A DNA stretch of 64,000 bases, taken from Bacteroidales bacterium (GTDB lineage Bacteria > Bacteroidota > Bacteroidia > Bacteroidales > P3). Shown in pieces: positions 43,019 to 50,593 of this stretch. The translations under genes were made by a program, and so were the position numbers. The notes beneath the pieces were generated by a model. It had not been told where the DNA came from, searched no databases, and was given only the letters and a program-made list of their open reading frames with translations. Within the stretch, counting starts at the first letter, position 1. Every line of letters begins with the position of its first letter. Location: positions 7,994 to 71,993 of the forward strand of contig WQWA01000005.1 of NCBI GenBank assembly GCA_009785505.1, given 5' to 3'.

Positions 43019-44014
43019 ATGAGGTCATTATTTTGCTTTTTTTTGGCTTTTTTTGCATTATTTTTCGTATCTTGCGGGTCGCCTAACCGGTCCACACCTG
43101 TTGTTACTTCAACCGAAAACCGAATTCCCGTGCCGGACTTTGATGCAGATTCGGCGTTTTATTTTATCGAAAGGCAGCTGTCGTTTGGCTACCGAATTCC
43201 GGGATCGCAAGCTCACGCAGCATGTGCAAAATGGCTCGCAGAAACTCTTTCGACTTTTGCCGACGAAGTAATTGTTCAGCCGTTTACAACTCGTGTTTGG
43301 AACGGCGAAACTCGACCCGGAGTAAACATCATCGGATCTTTTTACCCTGAAAAGCGATCTCGTATTTTGCTTGGTGCACATTGGGATACACGTCCTGTTT
43401 CCGATCATGATCCGGATCCTGCGAATTGGCACAGACCCGTTCCAGGTGCAAACGATGGAGGAAGCGGTGTAGGCGTTCTTTTGGAAATCGCCCGACAATT
43501 ATCTATAAGAAGGCCAAATGTCGGAATCGACATCATTTTTTTCGATCTTGAAGATTATGGAACACCTGAATTTGCCGACCCTTCAATCCCACGCAACGCG
43601 TATACGTGGGGTTTGGGAGCACAGCACTGGGCGCAAAATCCACACGTACGCAATTACAGAGCTAATTACGGAATCTTGTTATGTATGGTTGGTGCTGCAA
43701 ATCCAAGGTTCGGACGAGAGGGGTTTTCTATGCAATTTGCTCCTGATATTGTAGAGAGAGTTTGGAGAACTGCACGAGGAATGGGCTTTGGGCACGCTTT
43801 TCTGAACGAGCCGTCCGGACATATTATAAACGACCACCTTTTCGTAAACAGGTATGCCAATATCCCAATGATTGCCATTACAGATCATTGCCTAAGAAGA
43901 CCAACCGGCTTTTTCACGCAGTGGCACACAATTCACGACGATTTAGATATCATAGACAAAAATTCGCTGCGCATGGTCGGACAGGTCGTTTTGGCTCAAA
44001 TTTATCAAGAATAG
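43019..44014 (+). CDS. M28-family glutaminyl-peptide cyclotransferase-like lipoprotein
   Basis: Lipobox FFVSC. M28 metal motifs (GAHWDT..., GANDGGSGVG, FFDLEDYG). Confidence 0.72.
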   Translation: MRSLFCFFLAFFALFFVSCGSPNRSTPVVTSTENRIPVPDFDADSAFYFIERQLSFGYRIPGSQAHAACAKWLAETLSTFADEVIVQPFTTRVWNGETRPGVNIIGSFYPEKRSRILLGAHWDTRPVSDHDPDPANWHRPVPGANDGGSGVGVLLEIARQLSIRRPNVGIDIIFFDLEDYGTPEFADPSIPRNAYTWGLGAQHWAQNPHVRNYRANYGILLCMVGAANPRFGREGFSMQFAPDIVERVWRTARGMGFGHAFLNEPSGHIINDHLFVNRYANIPMIAITDHCLRRPTGFFTQWHTIHDDLDIIDKNSLRMVGQVVLAQIYQE

Positions 44015-44020
44015 CAACAC

Positions 44021-45490
44021 GTGGCAATTCGTAATTTAGTAGGACAAACAGCCATTTACGGTTTCCCGACAATCATTGGACGATTGCTCAATTATTTGTT
44101 GGTTCCGCTTTATACACGATTGTTCCTTCCTGAAGAATACGGTCTCGTTATTCAGTTTTATGCATTAGTGGGATTTTTTATGGTCATTGTAACTTATGGC
44201 ATGGAAACGGCATTTTTCCGCTTTGCATCGAGAGATAAAAACAATCCGAATATTTTTAGCACCGCAGTATCAATGTTATTGGCTTCATCGGTGGCTTTCT
44301 TTGCTTTGGCTTTCGTATTTCGGGATTCAGTTGCTTCGGCAATCGGCCATGCTAACCATTCGGAATATATTGTTTGGTTTGCTGCAATCATGATGTTCGA
44401 TGCAATATGTGCAATTCCGTTTGCACGATTAAGACAGCAAGAACGGCCGATTCGTTTCGTAGTTTTGAGAACCTTTAACATCATCGCAAATATCAGCTTC
44501 AACCTGTTTTTCTTGGTATTGTGTCCGTTTATTTTGGCACATAATCCGGATTCGATTTTGCAATTTATTTATCGTCCGGAAATCGGTGTAGGCTATATTT
44601 TTATTTCCAATCTTTTGGCGACTTCGCTTACAACGTTGCTTTTGCTTCCCGAATTTTTCCAAATTCGTTTGAGAATTGACCCAAAATTGGCAAAAAATAT
44701 GCTGATGTATTCACTTCCCGTAATGGTTTGGGGTATGGCGGGCATCTTGAACGAAACGTTTGATCGAATTGTTATGAGGCATTTGATTTCCGATCCGTCT
44801 ATCGCTATGGCACAAGTGGGGATTTACGGTGCAGCCTACAAAGTCGCCATTTTGATGACATTATTTATACAAGCGTTTCGATTTGCGGCCGATCCGTTTT
44901 TCTTTAAGCAAGCCATCGAAAATCGCAACGCACCTGAAATTTACGCCAAAGTGATGCGCTATTTTGTCTTGGCGTGTTTGATGATCTTCTTGGTTTGTAC
45001 GCTGTTTTTGAATGATATCATGTTGTTTGTAGGAGCAGAGTTTCGTGAAGGAGCTGTTGTTGTCCCTATTTTGTTGATGGCGAACTTATTTTTGGGTGTA
45101 TTTTTCAACCTTTCGGTGTGGTATAAAGTTACGGACCAAACCAAATACGGTGCATATATCGCCATGGTTGGTGCTGCGATTACAATTTCATTGAACATTT
45201 TATTAGTCCCGATTTTCGGGATAGTCGGTGCGGCTTGGGCGACATTGGCTTGCTACGTTACAATTGTTGTGATTTCGTACTTTCTTGGACAAAGGCATTT
45301 TCCAATTCCCTACCCTGTAAAAACGCTGTCACGTTATTTGCTTTTTGCTTTGGCACTTTTCCTTGTTCATAGATATGCGCTAAATTTTGATAATGCTTGG
45401 ATTAGCCGCACACTCGGAGCTATGTTCTTAGCTGTTTTCGCACTTGTAGCGTGGTACAATGAACGCACAAAAATTAAACAAGCCTTATGA
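44021..45490 (+). CDS. MOP-superfamily polysaccharide/oligosaccharide flippase (Wzx-like)
   Basis: 489 aa with about 12-14 TM segments, and the typical N-terminal GQTAIYG...GRLLNYLLVPLYT. GTG start. Confidence 0.72.
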   Translation: MAIRNLVGQTAIYGFPTIIGRLLNYLLVPLYTRLFLPEEYGLVIQFYALVGFFMVIVTYGMETAFFRFASRDKNNPNIFSTAVSMLLASSVAFFALAFVFRDSVASAIGHANHSEYIVWFAAIMMFDAICAIPFARLRQQERPIRFVVLRTFNIIANISFNLFFLVLCPFILAHNPDSILQFIYRPEIGVGYIFISNLLATSLTTLLLLPEFFQIRLRIDPKLAKNMLMYSLPVMVWGMAGILNETFDRIVMRHLISDPSIAMAQVGIYGAAYKVAILMTLFIQAFRFAADPFFFKQAIENRNAPEIYAKVMRYFVLACLMIFLVCTLFLNDIMLFVGAEFREGAVVVPILLMANLFLGVFFNLSVWYKVTDQTKYGAYIAMVGAAITISLNILLVPIFGIVGAAWATLACYVTIVVISYFLGQRHFPIPYPVKTLSRYLLFALALFLVHRYALNFDNAWISRTLGAMFLAVFALVAWYNERTKIKQAL

Positions 45491-46326
45491 AAATCTCCTT
45501 CCTCAGAGGAACAATTTTATTAGCCCTACTTTGGCTGATGGCATTCCTTTTTTTCGGAATACTCGGCTCCATGTTTTCCGAAGGAAATCAGGTAGTCCGG
45601 CTAAGCATCGTACAAATTGGAATTTGGTTAGTTCCGGCACTGTTTTATGCATACTTTTTTTATGATGATTTTTTAGGCGATTTAAAGCTAAAAAAAACGG
45701 GATCAATATCCAACTACGGGTGGTTTATTCTACTTTATGCTACGGCAATTCCATTAGTCGGATTTCTTTACCAAATCAGTTATACGTTGCCGTTTCCGGA
45801 ATATCTGGTAGAAATGTCTAAAAACTTGAAATCGCAAACCGATGCACTTGTTTTTGGCTTTCTCTCGGGCGGAACGCTAAATGATTTGCTGATTGCGTTG
45901 TTTGTAATGGCGGTACTTCCGGCGATTTGCGAAGAAGTATTTTTTCGAGGTGTGGTGCTAAATAATTTAGTCAAACGAACCGGAAATATACATCTCGCGG
46001 TTTGGCTTTCTGCTATAGTGTTTAGTGCCGTTCATTTTGAAGTTTTGGGATTTTTATCAAGAGTTGTGCTGGGTGCGGCGTTAGGCTATTCTTTTGTACT
46101 TACAAAATCGCTGTGGGTGCCGATAATCTTACATTTCTTGAACAACGGGATCATCGTTTTTGCTTATTTTTCTTACCAGAAAAAATGGATTTCTTTCGAC
46201 CCTTCGGAAACGACATCTGTTCCCGTTTGGTTGACAATGTTGTGTTTAATCGCAGGGACTGTATTACTGCGATTTCTACTTAAACGCTATAATTCCGGCG
46301 CTGCAGCTAATTTTATACGATATTAA
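45487..46326 (+). CDS. CPBP-family intramembrane glutamic endopeptidase
   Basis: EEVFFRG, FSAVHF and HFLNN motifs. ATGA overlap with the flippase gene. Confidence 0.85.
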   Translation: MKISFLRGTILLALLWLMAFLFFGILGSMFSEGNQVVRLSIVQIGIWLVPALFYAYFFYDDFLGDLKLKKTGSISNYGWFILLYATAIPLVGFLYQISYTLPFPEYLVEMSKNLKSQTDALVFGFLSGGTLNDLLIALFVMAVLPAICEEVFFRGVVLNNLVKRTGNIHLAVWLSAIVFSAVHFEVLGFLSRVVLGAALGYSFVLTKSLWVPIILHFLNNGIIVFAYFSYQKKWISFDPSETTSVPVWLTMLCLIAGTVLLRFLLKRYNSGAAANFIRY

Positions 46327-47774
46327 TCAGCAAAATGGATCGCATTCCAATTTCGAATAAACGGCTCAATTTGCTCTACATTTATTCGTCGGGTTACAAT
46401 GCGTCGCTGATTATCTATGATAAAAATCGTCGGAACACTATGGACGTCCCAATATTCATGATATCGGATATTTGAGACTCTTCCGTTTACATTGATCCAA
46501 CTTGTCATGTTGTTGGCATTTATGTAGTCTAGCCAGGCATCACCGGGACATCCGTGACAAACAGCAAAGATTTCAAAATCGAGCTCCTCACGTCTTTCAT
46601 AATAAAAATCACGAAGGATAGGCATCATTCTTCTACAGTGTCCGCAATTGGGTTCCCAAAACAACACAACGGTATATCTATGTGTTGCCGTGGCTTCGAA
46701 CACCGAGCGAAAACGTTCATTCGGACGACCGGCATTTGTGTCCGGGTTCCAAAATTCCTTAGGCACATTTCCGATTAAAAGCGGTCTGGCTCGATCTGCA
46801 GCTGTTCGTAAATTTTCAAGCGTTGCTTCACTCACCCAAAATGCTTCGCCGGTCAAATAGTATTTGTCTACCAAATGCACCCAAATCGCATCATGTCCAA
46901 TAATTTGCGAACGCATAAATCTGTTGATTGTGTATCGAAGCACGTGTTCAAACAGCTCCGGATTTTCGCGAACCTGACTAATCAAATGATCAATACCGGA
47001 TATGAGTGAGTCGGGGCTCTGCACAAGTACGCGATCCAAGTAGTGCACTAAACGTTGATGAAAAATTGGTGTACGCAGCAAGCGACTGTCCGACAAATCA
47101 ATATTTGTGAAAAAGTTATCTTTAAAATAATTGTAACGCCAGTTGTTTCGCTGATCCTCGGGAATATAATCCGGTGCTTCCGGAACATCAATATCTCGTT
47201 GTGCTCTGAAAACAGCCGTCATCAAGTTTGTCGGATTATCCTCCATAAACTGCGTTTGAAGTTGATGGATATTTTCCCATAGTTCTTGCATTTGTTCGAC
47301 TAAGGCTTGTGCCTCGGGAGACTCTCTATCTTCCAATTCGCTGTGTTGTCGGCGAAGTTCTGCTATTTTTTGATGCAAAGGACGAGTTTGTGTGTTAAAA
47401 TCTGCAAAAATCTGGTTTTCCGGAGAGCCGGTAAAAACCATATCCGCACCAAATTCCGGATATCTCAATTCTACCGAAAAATGTTGATATTTGTCCACAA
47501 TGAGCTCTGCAGAGAAATTTTGATGGCTTACCAACATATACATACCTCCTTGCAGCGGTTCGTCTCGTCTAAACACGAAAACACCGCGTCTTTCGTCGAA
47601 CACCGCTGTATCCGGTACTAAAAGCGTTTGCGCCCCGAAATACCGTCCCAAGCGTACTGTTTCGCCTTCCGGATAGCCATGAATTCTCACAGTCAGTTCA
47701 AATCCGCTATTGGCTTGAATAGTGGTAAAAACTCCGAGAAACACAACAAATGCGAACAAAAATTTATTTTTCAC
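46323..47774 (-). CDS. thioredoxin-fold TlpA/redoxin-like protein with N-terminal DUF5106-like domain
   Basis: FWEPNCGHCRR CxxC motif. Start re-set to the GTG at 47774 (MKNKFLFAFVVFLGVFTTIQA signal peptide), because the listed TTG at 47801 is the TTTG of the promoter box itself. Confidence 0.78.
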   Translation of the reverse strand: MKNKFLFAFVVFLGVFTTIQANSGFELTVRIHGYPEGETVRLGRYFGAQTLLVPDTAVFDERRGVFVFRRDEPLQGGMYMLVSHQNFSAELIVDKYQHFSVELRYPEFGADMVFTGSPENQIFADFNTQTRPLHQKIAELRRQHSELEDRESPEAQALVEQMQELWENIHQLQTQFMEDNPTNLMTAVFRAQRDIDVPEAPDYIPEDQRNNWRYNYFKDNFFTNIDLSDSRLLRTPIFHQRLVHYLDRVLVQSPDSLISGIDHLISQVRENPELFEHVLRYTINRFMRSQIIGHDAIWVHLVDKYYLTGEAFWVSEATLENLRTAADRARPLLIGNVPKEFWNPDTNAGRPNERFRSVFEATATHRYTVVLFWEPNCGHCRRMMPILRDFYYERREELDFEIFAVCHGCPGDAWLDYINANNMTSWINVNGRVSNIRYHEYWDVHSVPTIFIIDNQRRIVTRRINVEQIEPFIRNWNAIHFAD

Positions 47775-47834
47775 CAGTTTATTTTTTGATAGTTTCCGCA
47801 AAGATACGGATTTTTATCGAAAATTGCAAATGCT

Positions 47835-48326
47835 TTATTTCCGTTCATAAGTCAGGTAAGCGTATTCTAATTGTGTTTGTTCATCCAACACTCGCTCGCT
47901 TTCTTCAATAAGATTCCACTCATCATAATTGATTTCGGGAAAAAAAGTGTCGGCTTCGAAGTCCTTGTAAACTATCGTCAGATACAATTTGTCTGCCAGC
48001 GGCAGGAATTGTCGATAAATAGAGGCTCCGCCGCAAATGAAATTTTCTTGATGTTCATCACACAAATCAATAGCTTCCTGAATGGAATACGCCATTTCGC
48101 AACCTTCAATTTTCACACTTGTATCATCTACGATAACGATATTTCGGCGTTTAGGAAATGGTCGAACAGGCAGTGAATAGAATGTGTTCAAACCCATCAC
48201 AACCGTATGATTGAGTGTGATTTTTTTAAAGCGTTTTAAGTCTTCCGACAAATGCCAAAGCAGGTCGTTGTCCTTTCCAATAGCGAGGTTTTCAGCGATT
48301 GCGACGATGATTGATAGTGGTTTCAT
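47835..48326 (-). CDS. folA: dihydrofolate reductase
   Basis: IVAIAENLAIGKDNDLLW..., VVMGLNTF and GGASIY motifs. 163 aa. Confidence 0.92.
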   Translation of the reverse strand: MKPLSIIVAIAENLAIGKDNDLLWHLSEDLKRFKKITLNHTVVMGLNTFYSLPVRPFPKRRNIVIVDDTSVKIEGCEMAYSIQEAIDLCDEHQENFICGGASIYRQFLPLADKLYLTIVYKDFEADTFFPEINYDEWNLIEESERVLDEQTQLEYAYLTYERK

Positions 48327-48327
48327 A

Positions 48328-49596
48328 TTATGTTCTTCTTTGTTCTCTTCTTGCGGCAGGAAAAAGCACGTTATTTAGAATTAAGCGGTATCCGGGTGAA
48401 TTTGGGAATAAGTCTAAATTAGTCGGAGGATCGCCGACGAAGTGTTGATAGTCCTCAGGGTCGTGCCCGCCAAAAAATGTCCACATGCCGTTTCCAAGCG
48501 TACCGTGAATAAGGCGTGCTTCGTTCAATGCCGCATTTGCCCCCAAGATAATTACATTCGGCTTGAGAAAATCTTTGTTAAATGCTGTGGTTTGACCCAT
48601 AAATCCGTGAATAATCCGGGTGTGATTCTGCGTGAGCATCGTTGGCACCCAGTCCCATTTTGCCGAAAATTCGAACAGCGTAAAAAGGTCATTTTCCCGC
48701 GTAAGATTTCTCGGACGGGTATGCGTTACATCAATGTTCGAAATGGCATATTTAAAGGGGTCTTTAACGATTGTAAAATCTCTAAACGCAAATGTTCTTG
48801 TAAAATCCAATCGTTCTTGTGCATCAGGATCAATAGGAGTTCCATCGAACATTTCCGCAACAATATCTATACCTTCGGCAGCCAGTGCAACATCAAGACT
48901 TTCAGGTGCCGAGCACATTGCAAACAGAAAGCCGCCGCCGGCTACAAAATCCCGAATCTTGAGTGCAGTTGCCAATTTCATGTCCGCAACCCTCGTAAAT
49001 CCGAGCCTTCTTGCGTTTTCTTCTTGTCTGCGAACTTCCTCTTGATACCAAGGTACATTACGAAATGCCGCCCAAAATTTGCCTCTTTGTCCGGTAAAGT
49101 CCTCGTGATGCAGATGCAGCCAATCGTACATCGGAAGTACGCCTGCCAGAACTTCGTCGTCATACACAATATCAAACGGAATTTGGGCGTAAGTCAGCAC
49201 TAAAGTTACAGCATCGTTCCAAGGCAGCATATTTGGCGGCGAATACACCGCAATTCTCGGTGCTTTGTGAAGCGTAACGATATCCATATTCACATCGGGC
49301 TCGGCTATCTGTCTTCGAATTTGCTCGGCTTGAACCGTTGCAATCACTTGATAGGTCACACCTCGAAGTCGGCACTCTCTTACGATTTGCGGCGAGTGCC
49401 GCATCATAAAGCTTCCACCTCGATAATTCAGAAGCCAATCCACTTCCACTTCTTGCTCAAGCACCCAGTAGGCAATTCCGTACGCTTTCAAATGATTTCT
49501 CTGTGCGTTGTCCATTGGAATTAGGATGTATGCGGCTTGCAGACGACAAGTTATCAGCAGAAATACAAGCAGGATATAAATGTTTTTTTTCAGCAT
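48328..49596 (-). CDS. secreted protein of unknown function, possibly class I glutamine-amidotransferase-like fold
   Basis: Has a signal peptide. GGGFLFAMCSAPESLD resembles a nucleophile-elbow Cys. Its stop lies 1 nt from the folA start. Confidence 0.55.
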   Translation of the reverse strand: MLKKNIYILLVFLLITCRLQAAYILIPMDNAQRNHLKAYGIAYWVLEQEVEVDWLLNYRGGSFMMRHSPQIVRECRLRGVTYQVIATVQAEQIRRQIAEPDVNMDIVTLHKAPRIAVYSPPNMLPWNDAVTLVLTYAQIPFDIVYDDEVLAGVLPMYDWLHLHHEDFTGQRGKFWAAFRNVPWYQEEVRRQEENARRLGFTRVADMKLATALKIRDFVAGGGFLFAMCSAPESLDVALAAEGIDIVAEMFDGTPIDPDAQERLDFTRTFAFRDFTIVKDPFKYAISNIDVTHTRPRNLTRENDLFTLFEFSAKWDWVPTMLTQNHTRIIHGFMGQTTAFNKDFLKPNVIILGANAALNEARLIHGTLGNGMWTFFGGHDPEDYQHFVGDPPTNLDLFPNSPGYRLILNNVLFPAARREQRRT

Positions 49597-49597
49597 G

Positions 49598-49622
49598 GTT
49601 TTACAAAGATATGAAAAAAAAA
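49598..49622 (-). promoter_or_regulatory. Bacteroidota-type promoter abutting the start codon
   Basis: The reverse complement reads TTTTTTTTTCATATCTTTGTAAAAC. The -7 box ends 7 nt before the ATG at 49596. Confidence 0.55.
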
Positions 49623-49645
49623 TGAAAATAACAAACAGACCGGCT

Positions 49646-50593
49646 TCATCGAATCTGCAGTTGCTGCCTGCAATGACATCTTCTAGGAGTATCGAAAAGG
49701 ATAGTCAGTTTTACACCGACAAAAAGCGTGTTAAAAAACCGTGAATTCACATCATAATTAAGAAAGCCCGTTATTAGAGGAGTATATTCGCTCGTATGTG
49801 AGTTGTTTATTATCAAATTATTATTCGACCTCGAAGCCTGCGAAAAGCCATAGTCGCAGAATACGGATAAACGCATTCTCGTGCCTCCATTATTTCGGAA
49901 ATTCCCCATTCCTCGATGTCTATTGTCTCGGGAATTTCTAGTAACAAAAACACGCCCGACTTCGACAGAACCGATGAATAATGGATTTATATTCAGCGGA
50001 CTATCATGCGAGCGCTGGTTTGTCATCAAACCATGATTGGGCATATCGCTGAGTATGCCGTCGTGGTCATCGCCGATGATGTTGTCGTAACGCGCTCGTT
50101 TGGTAACATCGCTGTTTGGTCGTTCTGCTCCGTCAATATTGAATTTGACTTTCCCGCCAACCAGAAAATAAAAATTATTTTGAAACTGCGTTCCAAGCAT
50201 CAATGTCGGTCCTATGTTTACCAGCTGCTGACGCGAGTTTATATTCTCAAAAGAGAACAGACCATCAAAGGCTCTTCCCTCCGTATCAACCATCGGTACA
50301 ATATGAAGCGTATCGTTTCGGCGCATCAGAGAATTGTAAAGAGATAATTCAAAGCCCGTCTGCAGCAAGAAACCGCTGCGCGCTCTGTACTCGTATCCAA
50401 TACCGATGGCACCTCCTAATCCGCCAATTGCTCGAGTTGCAGGCGAGTGATTCATGATGCTGCTGTATCCGGCATTTGTCCAGAGAGCAATGGAATTACT
50501 GCTGTTATTACGACCATGTTGAGTAAACGCTGTTTGCACTGATACCAGCAACAGTATAAAAATCAAAAACGATATTCCGGCTGTATTTCTCAC
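49646..50593 (-). CDS. predicted outer-membrane beta-barrel protein
   Basis: Signal peptide ...TAFT|Q. Alternating Gly/aromatic strands. GTG start overlapping the upstream stop by 1 nt. Confidence 0.5.
   Translation of the reverse strand: MRNTAGISFLIFILLLVSVQTAFTQHGRNNSSNSIALWTNAGYSSIMNHSPATRAIGGLGGAIGIGYEYRARSGFLLQTGFELSLYNSLMRRNDTLHIVPMVDTEGRAFDGLFSFENINSRQQLVNIGPTLMLGTQFQNNFYFLVGGKVKFNIDGAERPNSDVTKRARYDNIIGDDHDGILSDMPNHGLMTNQRSHDSPLNINPLFIGSVEVGRVFVTRNSRDNRHRGMGNFRNNGGTRMRLSVFCDYGFSQASRSNNNLIINNSHTSEYTPLITGFLNYDVNSRFFNTLFVGVKLTILFDTPRRCHCRQQLQIR

Noticed and set aside
48442-49203. 253-aa ORF on the plus strand, antisense to the 422-aa secreted-protein gene
   Set aside because: It is rich in K/R/C/F and of low complexity, with no promoter box or signal. 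The opposite strand encodes a coherent protein with a signal peptide and a promoter. This is a typical shadow ORF.
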